This document shows, in pieces, positions 51,283 through 64,000 of a DNA stretch of 64,000 nucleotides (position 1 is its first letter; every line of letters begins with the position of its first letter). This DNA comes from Octopus vulgaris (lineage: Eukaryota). The position numbers were made by a program, and so were the translations under genes. Where the stretch lies: contig OX597815.1 in assembly GCA_951406725.2 (NCBI GenBank), forward strand, positions 207,142,001 to 207,206,000. The letters are read 5' to 3'. The notes beneath the pieces are model-generated. The model was given only the letters and a program-made list of their open reading frames with translations, was not told the origin of the DNA and did not search any database.

Positions 51283-51679
51283 GTTTACTTGTTTCAGGCA
51301 TTTGACTGCGGCCATGCTGGAGCACCGCTTTTAATCGAGCAACTCGACCCCGGGACTTATTCTTTGTAAGCCCAGTACTTATTCTATCGGTCTCTTTTGC
51401 CGAACCGCTAAGTGACGGGGACATAAACACACCAGCATCGGTTGTCAAGCAATGCTAGGGGGACAAACACAGACACACAAACATACACGCACATATATAT
51501 ATATATACATATATACGACGGGCTTCTTTCAGTTTCCATTTACCAAATCCACGCACAAGGCTTTGGTCAGCCCGAGGTTATAGTAGAAGACACTTGCCCA
51601 AGGTGCCACGCAGTGGGACTGAACCCGGAACCATGTGGTTGGTAAACAAGCTACTTACCACACAGCCACTCCTACGCCT
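51283..51679 (-). mobile_element. SINE family B
   Basis: Full-length copy. Confidence 0.92.
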
Positions 51680-53136
51680 ATATGGAAAAAACTTACTTGG
51701 AAAAGGATGCGTGGCATTCGATTATATAATAATATAAATAATATATAAATATATTCATACATATATGTACATACCTACATATATGTTTATATATATACAT
51801 ATATATATGTGTATATATATGTATGTATATATGTATATATATATGTCTTTTAATCGTTATTTGATGAAAGCTCGTTACATCTATATGAAATCAGCAGCAC
51901 CTTTCCGGCTCTCTCACACACACACACGAACACGCGCTCACACAAACACATGTGGTATATTTCTCACTCCTAATAATACTAATGCAAGTATTTGAAAGTT
52001 TCATACTATGATTTTGCCTCATATATTGTAATAAACAATTTGTTTTTACATTTGGTGTTCGCCCTGCAGGACATGAAAATCGAACCTACAGCAAAGTTTG
52101 TCATTGGGATCTGAATCCATAGACACGAAAGTAAAATGAGAATATAATATGCAATTCGCTTTCTGTGACTAGAACAGTTAAAACTCTGGTTGCTTTACCA
52201 TTATTGGATTCTGCTCCAAGCTCGGGTTATTTCAGAAACAAAGAATTGCTTTAAAATTTAAACGATAAGGTAAAGACACGAAATAGTAATTCTAACATGG
52301 CCGAAAAATAAAAAACAACAACCAAATCTCTTTCTCTTACCATATGCAATTGTGTTTCTGAATATAAATGTTTCAGGCAAAATTAACAACAATACATGAA
52401 TCATCGGGAGAAGATCTGCCTGATTGATCAATTGATCTGCTTGAAATCCAAATCAAATCTCCTTCAACCATACCCTACTCTCTTAGAATATGACGTTTAC
52501 ATTTGCAATGTAATCGAAGTTCGGTTTGTTCTGTCTCCCCAGCAACCCCAGAGTCGTTCCTATTCAATGGTATTGCTATACTGTTGTCCAAACAAGGAAA
52601 TCTACTGCCGCTACCTTCCTTAATTCATGATCGAATTTAAGTGAGAATCAGTTGATCATTTTCTTGGTTTCAGCCTTTCGATTAAGGCACGGCCATGAAA
52701 TAAATTCCTCGATCTTTTTTTTTTTTTCTTAATATTATCATTTTTCTTGAATAATTTCTGTCAATTCCTTGCCTCAAGATAGCTGGTCCTAGAAAATCAG
52801 TTCTAACTTGATTGCACAAAAGTAGGTTAATGGGTCTCTGCCACATTGTAATCCGAAATATCCATAACTATAACTGGGCTGTCGTTATTTGAAAGTAGGC
52901 TGGTATTTCCAGTATCGAATTCTGTTATATTTTAGAAACTAACCGGGTTTCTAGCACACAATAAACTTATATATTTCTTTCAGCTGAATAATATCAAGTA
53001 ACTCTACTTTAGACTAAAGTTAAATAGGAATATCTGTTTCACATTAAACTGAAATATCTGTGAGATTAGATTCTGAAATATGCCATTATAATGGTGAATC
53101 TTAGTAGAATTAAATGTGATAAAACTTCTTAATATT

Positions 53137-53496
53137 CATTTCAAATTTTGGCACAAGGCCAGCAGCTTCGGGGAAGGGGCTAAGTCGATTGCACCAATCC
53201 CAGAGTTCAAATGCTTCTTAGTTTAGCGATCCCGAAAAAAATGAAAGGCAATGTCGACTAAGGATTTTGAACTCAGAACGTAAAGTCGGATGAAATGCCA
53301 CTAAGCCTTTTACCCGGCGTGCTAACGATTCTGCCAGCTCACCGCCTTAAACTTCTTAATATTGGCTTCGAATTTTGGCGCAAGGCCAGCGATTTCTGGG
53401 AAGAGGGTAAGTCGATTACATCGATCATAGTGCTCAACTGATACTTATTTTATCGATTCCGATAGGATAAATGGCAAAGTCGATCGGGGCGGAATA
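53137..53496 (-). mobile_element. Two SINE A copies at the same target site
   Basis: aa(a/g)cttcttaatatt occurs three times (53122, 53349, 53497) bracketing the two copies. Confidence 0.8.
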
Positions 53497-53726
53497 AAGC
53501 TTCTTAATATTAAACTCAGGTGCAAATATTTAATAAGAATTTACGAATTCGCGATTAATTATATACTTGTTATCGTTGTTTAGTCTCTGATCAAAAACTT
53601 TCAATTCACGACCAGCACTGGTTTATGTCTATTAGAGTCCACATTGTTTAATGTGACTTTTATTTTTTATGGCAGACACTTTAACGTGATTTGGGGGTAA
53701 ACTTGGCTAATATTTCTAGCTTATCG

Positions 53727-53940
53727 AAGGCGCGAGCTGGCAGAATCGTTAGCATGCCGGGCAAAATACTAATCGGGATTTAATTCGTCTTTACATTCTG
53801 AGTTCAAATTCCGCCGAGGCCGACCTTGCCTTTCATCGTTTCAAAGTCAATAAAATAAGTACCATTTGAGCACTGGGGTCGAGACTATCGACTTAGCCTC
53901 TCCCCAAAATTGCTGGCCTTGTGCCAAAATTTGAAACCAA
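53727..53940 (+). mobile_element. SINE family A (alternative tail)
   Basis: Head gcgagctggcagaatcgttagc; tail aaattgctggccttgtgccaaaatttgaaac. Confidence 0.88.
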
Positions 53941-54288
53941 TATTTCTCCTTGATCGATTGCATGTCAATCCTTTTTATCTCTGAGAGCTTCCGCGTCTTT
54001 TGGTTAAAGAAGTACTCCCTTTGACCCTTCAAAATATGTTTGTGTCATGTATATAAATGCACATAAACATCACATACAGCCAATAAAGAGTCTTACTTCA
54101 TTTGGACAACTAGAAACAACAGCTAAATCTTTCTTAAGTCATAATTACCGTCTTAATAAAGGACATATTAGATACAGGAATCCTGAGTTCCTTGCACATA
54201 GCGAAAAACTGGGAGCGTCACAGCTTGATCAAGGCTGACCCGGAGCTAAGCCTCATTAGCAAGAAACCATTTATATCCTGGATTGCTT

Positions 54289-54514
54289 TACTCTCTTTTA
54301 CTCTTTTACTTGTTTCAGTCATTTGACTGTGGCCATGCTGGAGCACCGCCTTTAGTCGAGCAAATCGACCCCGGGACTTATTCTTTGTAAGCCCAGTACT
54401 TATTATATCGGTCTCTTTTGCCGAACTGCTAAGTTACGGGGGACGTAAACACACCAGCATCGGTTGTCAAGCAATGCTAGAGGGACAAACACAGACACAC
54501 AAGCACACACATAC

Positions 54515-54563
<49 letters not shown>

Positions 54564-54692
54564 AATCCATATACGACGGGCTTTTCGGCCCGAGGCTATA
54601 GCAGAAGACACTTGCCCAAGATTCCACGCAGTGGGACTGAACCCGGAACCATGTGGTTGGTTAGCCAGCTACTTACCACACAGCCACTCCTG
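54289..54692 (-). mobile_element. SINE family B (internal deletion)
   Basis: Reverse copy. Confidence 0.9.
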
Positions 54693-55407
54693 CTTTACTA
54701 ATAATATGTTTAGAAAACTGACACAATTGTTCGCCTCGTAGATTGGCGGCCTTAGAAATTTTATTGCCTGCATTTGATGAAATGTAAATATTTCAGTAAG
54801 ATGAACGTAAAAAAAGGAACTTCAGCGAACACAACTTGATATTTAATTTCATTGGCATTCCGTCATAACAATTTAAGCTATTAACTTTTCCGTTAGTTAG
54901 TAAATATACAGATCTCGATAGTGGGCACTTTGTGAAAGGATATCAATAAAATCTGTTTTTTCGTTTATTATCACCCAATTGTTAACCCAAGACTTAATTA
55001 TATAGTTACAAAGATATCATTGTTGAAATATTTAAAGCACGACCAAGGAGATAAATTATACTATTTTTTGTAATTAAGAGAATATTTTGTCTCTGCATAT
55101 TATATATCCAGCATACATTTACATTAAACATTTATTATTCAAATAGTTATATCAGCACATATTGCTTAGAGAAGGCATGATCGTCATATAAAATGTTGAT
55201 TCTGCACAAATTTATTAACTATTTTGACGTAAGATTCGAAAATATGGCTGATGTCTACAAATAATAAATGATCGTTTTTGTTATTATGAAGCATATTTTG
55301 CTCCAAAATTTGAGTTTTGCTTTGTCTATGAACTCAAACATTGATTTCCAACCACTTGAAATATCAAAATCAGGTTATTCATAAATCGTTATGAAAAATA
55401 AGTTAAT

Positions 55408-55522
55408 ACGGGTTCAGTCCCACTGCGTGGCACCTTGGGCAAGTGTCTTCTACTATAGCCTCGGGCCGACCAAAGCCTTGTGAGTGGATTTGGTAGACGG
55501 AAACTGAAAGAAGCCCGTCGTA

Positions 55523-55571
<49 letters not shown>

Positions 55572-55792
55572 ATATTTATGTGTGTGTGTCTGTGTTGTCC
55601 CCCTAGCATTGCTTGACAACCGATGCTGGTGTGTTTATGTCCCCGTTACTTAGCGGTTCGGCAAAAGAGACCGATAGAATAAGTACTGGGCTTACAAAGA
55701 ATAAGTCCCGGGGTCGAGTGTTGCTCGACTAAAGGCGGTGCTCCAGCATGGCCGCAGTCAACTGACTGAAACAAGTAAAAGAGTAAAAGAGT
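55408..55792 (+). mobile_element. 5'-truncated SINE family B
   Basis: Starts at cgggttcagtcccactgcg. Confidence 0.9.
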
Positions 55793-55899
55793 ATGAATAA
55801 ACATGCCATGAAATTATGTATTGAAAATAATCTCCAGGAACTTGTCATATTGGAAGTGACTTGATTTTAACCTGATGCCAGTTTCAATACTCTGTTATA

Positions 55900-56200
55900 G
55901 CGATTTAAGATACTAACTAAGGAAAAGTACAAATGTTATATCATTCCAGTTCTGCTTTGAAGCTGTAAAAAAAAAGGACGTCTAAATTAAATAACCTTTT
56001 CGAGTATAATCTCGTATCAAAGAAAATGTTCCTGGCCGACCTGGTTTCATTTTTCCAACTGCAAACGTTTCTTTTTCTTTCGGCATTTACTATTTTGTAA
56101 TGGCTTCGTTAAGCAGACAAAATATTATGCACTATATTTTAATGAGTACTTGAATGAATCAAGAGATTTTTAAAAGTTTCTCTTATAGCCTAAAAGAGAT
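55900..56200 (-). pseudogene. Possible hAT C-terminal dimerisation-domain remnant
   Basis: Minus-strand SA.T...K.RKRLQLENETR resembles FSAL..IK.K.RNRL.LE.DLR. Confidence 0.3.
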
Positions 56201-57637
56201 AAACTTATTACATTGAAACATTCATGATCGTTGAACATCGCCAAACAAGCTAGCTACTAAGTATATGAACATACTAGGAGAAATGCCACTGTAAAAGCGT
56301 CAAGATTGACATAACATTGAATGTAACGTATGGCAGCTCATTGTTTACTTAATGAGGAAAAACTAATTACAAAGTTATAAGAAAAATAATAAATTATCGG
56401 ACAATCCATCCATCCACACAGATATAGGCATACCTAAACATACGTCGTTTCAAGTTACGTCCTTTTCGACTTAACATTGTTTCTTTTCTTAAATAGATTA
56501 GTGGGGAAAAAAAAACTTTATATCAGTCGATTTATCTGATTTTACGTCGGTCCAAACGGACATATTTACAGGTATGAATATTAAAGAAACACCTAAAAAC
56601 CAATACTGAAGTGGGACATCAAATGAAATACACGAGAAAATATGTACAAACCATTTATAAAAACAGATATAAGCTAATAAAATGTTTAAAATGTTTGTCC
56701 GTGTTGCGTCGCATGTCCTAGAAATAATTACCGACGTAAGTTGAGTTGTGCTTCTGTATATTTATGCTGTATACATTGCCTGAAGTACAGCAAATCATAT
56801 CTACCGCAAAAATAGTACCAAGAGAAAAGACTCGTTTGAAATAGGTTATTATAAATTAAGAAAGAAAACAGCTATGATCTAGATAGATAAGTAATCCAAA
56901 TAACTGATGCTATTAAATATTAAATGTATCCATTCTTATGAAATATTATGTGCTTGCTTATGTGTCTGTGTGCGTGTATAGCAAAATGTCTGAAGAATAG
57001 TTTATTTAAAATTTATTTGTAATATATCGGAGTAGTATAAACCCATTCATTCATATCTTATAAACGGACATGAAAAAACAGCAAATATTTATTTAGAATA
57101 CTTTCAACTTCCTTTTTCGTTTTCCTAGTTTTTATTTCGATAAAATCCTTTGCAAATATTTTTGTTTCAGATAAAAGTAACTACAGTCAAAGTCAGACGA
57201 GGAAAATTCCAGTCCTTAACTTAATTAGATTATACATCTCAGACAAGATATGTAAATCATGAAAGCACGTGACTTGGAAAAATGTTGTCTGCCTTACTTT
57301 TACAGCAGATTCTCGCTCAGGATTTTAAACATTATCTGAATGTTAATAACGGTGTGTGAGGTTTATTTTAAAGCACAGAGATATGTGTTCCTATAAAAAA
57401 AAAAAAGTAGATTTTATCGAAAGAAATTTGTAGTGACTAGATTTTGCAAAAATGCATGATTTGTTGATGTTAATGACTTGAGTTATTAAAAATATATTTT
57501 CATGTTAACCGTCCGGGTGATAACGTTGTGCTATTTCCTTTTATGCACAACAAATGAGAAAACGGCTAGACGAGTCCTTAAAATACTTTACTTTTTATCT
57601 TGGAGGCTCTGATTGTGGCAAGTTACTGCTGTTAATA

Positions 57638-57865
57638 TATTTCTTTACTACCCACAAGGGGCTAAACACAGAGGGGACAAACAAGGACAGACAAACGGAT
57701 TAAGTCGATTACATCGACCCCAGGGAACTGGTACTTAATTTATCGACCCCGAAAGGATGAAAGGCAAAGTCAACCTCAGCGGAATTTGAACTCACAACGT
57801 AGCGGCAGACGAAATACGGCTAGGCATATCGCCCGGCGTGCTAACGTTTCTGCCAGCTCGCCGCC
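57638..57865 (-). mobile_element. SINE family A
   Basis: Full-length; 13-bp TSD actgctgttaata. Confidence 0.93.
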
Positions 57866-59059
57866 ACTGCTGTTAATAGCTCTTACACACACAAGCACAC
57901 GCACACACGTACGCGCGCATAAATACATAAACACACATGTATATGTATGTGTATATTTGCACACGCACATACACACATATATATACACATAAATCATCCA
58001 TAGTTTTCTATGGTGTAGACATATATGCTGGCAGGGAACATCGTCCGGGAACATCGTCCGGGAACAGCTGAATTGGGCCGATTCCACAGCAGAGGCTTCG
58101 GCAAAAAACCCGAAACTGACGGATCAATCTAGGATCATCTCGACAGCTGTTTTTCGGGCGATTACGGTCCCTATCAGCATGTATGTACACAATTATGAGC
58201 TTTGGCTGCAGCATTAGAGCGTTTAGCTCTTATTTCTAGCAATTTAATTATATGTAACACCGTCAGTCATATCTAATGACAGTTATTGCTTCCCTTTTTG
58301 CTACACATTGTTTACTGCTTACATATTTATATATATATAAATGTACGGGCACGTGGCCTAGTAGTTAGGAAGATGTCGAGTACCTGAGCAGATTTGACGG
58401 TTTTAACACATCAGTCGAAATGGCATCTTAGACACGAGTCGCAAATACTTACATCCATAATCTCCAAGATAGTTTTTGTAGGAACATGATTTGCTAATAA
58501 TACCTTTTTGTCCTTAAAATTACATTTATGGTTGACATTATTTTTGATTGTGGGGCCAACTTCGTAAGGAGAAAAAAAAAGGAAAGAAACAAGAAAACAA
58601 GAAAATTATGACACATATCGCATGGCTAGTTAAATAATACCGTTTTAAAGACAACAATACAGGAAACTATTGCTAACCACGTTTCATTAACCATTTCTGT
58701 CCTTTACGCATTCATACAGTTGTTACTTGACGCCCTTCTACTATTGCACTTTCTACTGTAGCGTTTGAATGGATTTCTTGAAGAAAACAGAAAGCAACAC
58801 ATCGTAACGTTCCCGTAAACAGAGCAGTTCGGCAGAAGAAAAAAAAAGGAATAAGTACCAGGCCTTAAAGACATAAGTACTGGGGAGGATTTATTCGACT
58901 AAACCCTTCGAGGTGGTTCCCCAGCGTGGCCGCAGTCCAATGACTGAAACAAGTAGAGAAGAAAGATGAAAGAAAGTTAGGCTGAATGTATCACCTGAAG
59001 ATGAAGGTGATTAGATCCTCTGCATATTTCACTAGTACTTTATTAATGTCCTTCACTAC

Positions 59060-59580
59060 TCTAGGCACAAGGCCCGAAATTTTTTGGGAAGGGGCCAGTG
59101 GATACTTAATTTATCGAACATGAAAGGCAAAGTCGATCTCGGCGGAATTTGAACTAAGAACGTAACGACAGGCGAAATATCTATTTCTTTACTACCCACA
59201 AGAGGCTAAACACAGAGAGGACGAACAAGGAGAGACAAACGGATTATGTGCGTAACTGGTACTTAATTTATCGACCCCGAAAAGATGTAAGGCAAATTCG
59301 ACCTCGGCGGAATTTGAACTAAGAACGTAAAGGCAAACGAAATATCTACTTCTTTACTACCCACAAGGGGCTAAACACAGAGAGGACAAACAAGGACAGA
59401 CATAGGTATTAAGTCGAATACACCGACCCCAGTGCGTAACTGGTACTTATTTAATCAAGCCCCGAAAGGATATAGGGCAAAGTCGACCTCGGCGGAATTT
59501 GAACTCAAAACGCAACGACAGACGAAATACGGCTACGCATTTCGCCCGGCGTGCTAACGACTCTACCAGCTCGCTGCCTC
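59060..59580 (-). mobile_element. Tandem trimer of SINE family A
   Basis: Three units joined at gaa(a/g)ta|gatatttcg. Confidence 0.88.
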
Positions 59581-60241
59581 AGTACTTTATCAATATCAGA
59601 AGTGTGAATGGTAAAGAGATCAGCAATACTAATACAGCAACGACGAACTAAGTATATAGTGGTGTTCAGTTACGGTCATTGACGTTCTAAGTTCAAATCC
59701 GGCGAGGTCAATCAAGTTTATATTAAATCCCATTCATCACCTGCTCGCATTTTCTTCAATTACATTCATATTCTCTAGTCTATATGTTATCCTGTTTGAC
59801 GACCACTCCTATGAAATTAAACTATCGAGATGATATTTATTAAACCGAATGTGTAGCTATTCAGGCATCTGGTATTCAAAAACAGACTCATCTGAATAGT
59901 TGCTGACATAAACGTCCTGTGCATACATGTCGCTATATATGTACTCGCACAAACACAAAGCATAGATGTGAGTATATATTCTTGTAAATAATATAAATGC
60001 ATATTAATTTCATAAGCGTACATAAAATCGTTTGCACACAAATTGAAACGTGAAGAATCTGTCTATCAGCATACAGATAGAAACGTGAAGCATCTGTCTA
60101 TCACATACATTCACACATATGCCTCAATGCATATGTGTGTGTATGTGTGCGTAGATAGCGAGATACATGTTTGTTATGAGAACCGGTGGCTATAAACCAA
60201 GGATGATGCATCTAAGTTACGTTGTCATTAATGTATATATA

Positions 60242-60474
60242 TATTTCTTTGCTACCCACAAGGGGCTAAACACAGAGGGGACAAACAAGGACAGACAAAC
60301 GGATTAAGTCGATTACATCGACCCCAGTGCGTAACTGGTACTTAATTTATCGACCCTGAAAGGATGAAAGGCAAAGTCGACCTCGACGGAATTTGAACTC
60401 GGAACGTAACGACAGACGAAATACGGCTACGCATTTTCGTCCGGTGTGCTAACGTTTCAGCCAGCTCGCCGCCT
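60242..60474 (-). mobile_element. SINE family A
   Basis: Full-length; flanking ttaatgtatata duplication. Confidence 0.92.
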
Positions 60475-61709
60475 TTCCTTAATGTATATAAAGACATTGC
60501 CGTTCAAAAAATATTCATTTTGCTTTTGAAATTTTTGTACTTTTGTGTGATCCAAAACTGTTTAATTCATTCAAACTCAAATCGCTGAGCTTGAAAATGT
60601 TGCATAAATTCATTTAAGACTTTAATTTGCTGCACATTTTTGTGTGTGTCAGTGTGGTGAGACTCAATGGTTACAATCTAGTCTTTAGATCTAAATCTTT
60701 GCGTCAGGTAAAACTATATATGTATTTAACAATTCCAAACTAAATCTTTTCTGCGAAAGAACAACCAATAATGATTTTGTTGTTGTTGCTGCTTTTGTTC
60801 TTGTTTAACACAAGATCGTCGATGATCAAGAAAAGCCTATAATTAAAAGTGTTCCAGCGGCGACCATCCCACCCATTATTCAGAGTTAATCCATCCAGGA
60901 GGATAATGCATGATACATTCTTCCGTACATTTATTTATCTATTTTTAAGATGGGGTGCGAAGAGAATTGAGGCAAACTTCAACTGGAGGCCTTTTTGACG
61001 ATTCCACGCACTAGCAGTGAAAATCTGATATTGTAGTTTTGAATCTCGCTTAATGTAACGAGTCAAGGATTGTGGAGTGACCGTCTCGTTACTCAAGCAA
61101 TTTGTTTAGAAGCTCTCTTGTTAACTCAGAAAGTGCGTACAGAACACTGCATTAACACTGGATATTGTCTAACTATTATTAGAACTATGATGAGTTACCT
61201 TAATGCATTGCTCCACCGAATAATGTATGATCAACATTTATCGGATAGAGGAACTGAAATGAAATGAAAGGAAAATTGTAGAGAAGAATTCTTTAAAGAT
61301 GCAGAAAGGAGAGTGAGGGTAGTTTTAGGAAAAGAGTACTTTAACAGTGAGTGCTTGTATTTGAGGTAAAAGTGTAGAAACTCTGTTAATACTAACTCTG
61401 GTCCCAGTGAGGTGCAGAGGTGACGAACGAGATAAGTATATAGAGGATACCGCACTACATTCTTCCCGAATCATCCAATTCCATTGCCATCCTTATGCCA
61501 TCCGCACGTTGTGAACAGGGAACTCGTGAACATCCACCAATGGGGTCATAAGAATCTTGGTTGAAACGATAGCAACATAATTATTATAATACGGAATAAC
61601 CATACTATCAATAAATTTGCGTTTACGGTTGTTTATTCCTGCATATATTTTTCTTTGTTTCTCATCTACACTATAGATTAAACAATTTTAGCATTTGGAA
61701 ATATTAGTC

Positions 61710-61920
61710 TCAAATTTTGGCACACGGCCAACAAGTTTCATGGGGCGGGGGTAAGTTGATTACATTGACCCCAGTGCTCAATAGGAACTTATTTTATCGA
61801 CTCCGAAAGGAGGAACGGCAATGTCGACCTCAGCGGAATTTGAACTGGGAAGGTAAAGTCGGACGAAATGTCGCTAAGCATTTTGCTCGGCATGCTAACA
61901 ATTCTGCCAGATCACCGCCT
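61710..61920 (-). mobile_element. SINE family A (alternative tail, diverged)
   Basis: Reverse copy. Confidence 0.85.
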
Positions 61921-62824
61921 TATTTAATAATAATATTCAATGTAAAATGGGCCGTGAATCTTGTTAAATTCCTACCAACCACTTAAAGTATTTCAATGCT
62001 TTTCCCTGATTAGTTCCCAAATATATAGTTTTGATGTAGCGTTGCATGCTTATGACGAAATTCGTATTCACATTTCAATCGAAACCTTTCTTGTGAAAAT
62101 TTGAATTACTGCAAATGGTTAGAAGGAATTTAACAAGGTCCTCGTTTGTTATTAGATGAAATTAAAAAGGGAAACTTATAGCAGTTATATTTCTGATATA
62201 AAATATTTTCCCAGTGAAATAATATGCTGAATACTCGAAAATAATATGTGTACCAAGTAACCTAAGCTATTACTGTCTAGTGATGTTAGTTATCTAACAT
62301 ATCTGACAGAATTTCCCCGTTTATAACTTGTCGGGCAACCTATGATTATACTATACGTACATGTCTGATAGAAAATATAATGTATTTCAAGACAGTGTGT
62401 GTGTGTGTGTTTATAGGTGTGCGCGCGTGTGTCGGTGTATTGAAGTTGTTTTCTGTTCCAAGTCAACCTTGGTCGCAAATACTTGTGATTAAAAGCGTGA
62501 ATGCATTATTTCCATATTAGGCTCGTGTGAATTAGCAGTGTTGAGCAGACATTGATAATGTACATAGCTTAATTAAGAACAACCGAAAAGAATAAGAAAC
62601 CTGTGGGGGGTCTATTTTGCTTGTCTGGGAAATAAATAAATAGTTCATTATACGCCCCCGATCACATATGCGATGTTAATATTCTATGTGCATTTGTGTA
62701 TATGTGCATGCATCTGTGATATATGTGTATATATGTATATAGATGTATATGTATATTATATATGTTTGAGTATATGTATGTGTGTGTATGCATAAGTGTG
62801 CACGTATATATATATATTTTTTTT

Positions 62825-63255
62825 TAATTATAATTAAGGGTTAATTGCAACAAGTTGCTCAAAACCACATACCGAAAATATTAGAAATAGCAGTCAAATT
62901 GATCACTATTTCCTCTACTAATAAAAAGTCTCCACAAACAAACAGAATTTGTAACCTGTATATGGCAAAAAAGGAAGAAAATAACGAAATCCCAGCCTAT
63001 AGACGAATCGTTTCTGGATTAGAACCGAAGGCTCATTTCCTTGTCAATATAATATTTCCTATAAATCTAGAAATGCTAGGGGAAAAACTCACCCGTTATT
63101 TTCTTCCTTTTTTGCCATATACTGGTTACAAATTCTGTTTGTTTGTGGATACTTTTTATTAGTAGAGGAAATAGTGATCAATTTGACTGCTATTTCTAAT
63201 ATTTCCGGTATGTAGTTTTGAGCAACTTGTTGCAATTAACTCTTAATTATAATTA
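62825..63255. repeat. Foldback element: 162-bp inverted arms (62825-62986 / 63094-63255) with a 107-bp spacer
   Basis: Arms are reverse complements with about five mismatches by eye. Confidence 0.92.
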
Positions 63256-63355
63256 TTATAACCCTTACCAAATATGGTCTTTTCCATACCGATAAATCTA
63301 CTAGGTGAAATTTATTAATTTTATTAAATTAATTATATTCCACCCTTTTTTGCAT

Positions 63356-63414
<59 letters not shown>

Positions 63415-63637
63415 AATATATAGTCTGTGTGTATCATAGGTTGAAGACGGGAAAGATGGCTTCCCTGTGCAAATACTGATAGGGCACAGACAGTGTGTCA
63501 ATAGGCAGCTGGAGGAGGTGTCCTCCTGGGGCTACAAGCTACAGTAGCAGCGTCCACCCTTAGGGGTTAGCCACATTTAAGTGGCATATATACTTCACGA
63601 TGTCGTGCAGCTACTCTTTATACCTCGCTCAGAGACT

Positions 63638-63684
<47 letters not shown>

Positions 63685-63687
<3 letters not shown>

Positions 63688-64000
63688 GAGGAGAACCCAG
63701 AAGAAACCGGAATTTTGCAATATCATTTTATTCACTTAGTTTTATGTTTACATCTTTATCGCCTTCAAAGTATTCTCCATTTGAAGCAATACCACGGTCC
63801 GGGGTCGTTTGCCCTTGTTCGAAGCAGTCCTGGAACTCTTGCGAAGTGATGCCTTTTAACGCCTCCGTCGTTTTTCTTTTCTTCCTATCTTCCACATCTG
63901 CTAAACGTTTTCTTTTAAGTACCCTTTTCATTCGGGTGAACAAATGAAAGACACAGGGATCAAGATCGGATGGATAGGGGGTGGGTAGTGGGGTCATGCC
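63685..64000 (-). pseudogene. mariner transposase C-terminus and terminal repeat (continues beyond the window)
   Basis: PYPSDLDPCVFHLFTRMK..KR.ADVE...FQDCFEQ...IASNGEYFEGD matches the mariner YSPDLAPxD...GEYFEG motifs; tacgagg TIR start inside (TA)n. Confidence 0.85.

Noticed and set aside
52070-52130. Candidate exon after acceptor ccctgcag
   Set aside because: All three frames hit stop codons before the next plausible donor.
62845-63162. 105-aa ORF
   Set aside because: Runs across both arms of the inverted repeat, has a non-ATG start and shows no recognisable protein features.

Overview
This is AT-rich eukaryotic non-coding DNA, not a prokaryotic locus. About half or more of the window is interspersed repeats and microsatellites. 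The repeat set is most consistent with an octopus (coleoid cephalopod) intron or intergenic region, which is an inference from family recognition, not a database result. It contains three abundant tRNA-headed SINE families (called A, B and C here) plus minor SINEs, RTE/CR1/I-type LINE fragments, hAT-Charlie MITEs, two non-autonomous Helitrons, and mariner, Tigger and hAT transposase fossils. No intact multi-codon host CDS, rRNA, true tRNA or CRISPR is supported, and nearly all ORFs in the track are read-throughs of SINEs or microsatellites. The most notable observations are: (1) dispersed Penelope-type type-I hammerhead-ribozyme-like motifs, one with intact core nucleotides at 48448-48542; (2) a 480-bp bipartite RTE derivative (5'UTR fused to the 3' end) with a 10-bp TSD; (3) tandem SINE-A multimers with an invariant junction; (4) a 64-bp spacerless palindrome and a foldback element with 162-bp arms; (5) a candidate signal-peptide-like first exon (MPWITVLTLITL|gtaagt) at the end of a SINE-free 2.6-kb block. 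I found no firm evidence for a new protein-coding system.
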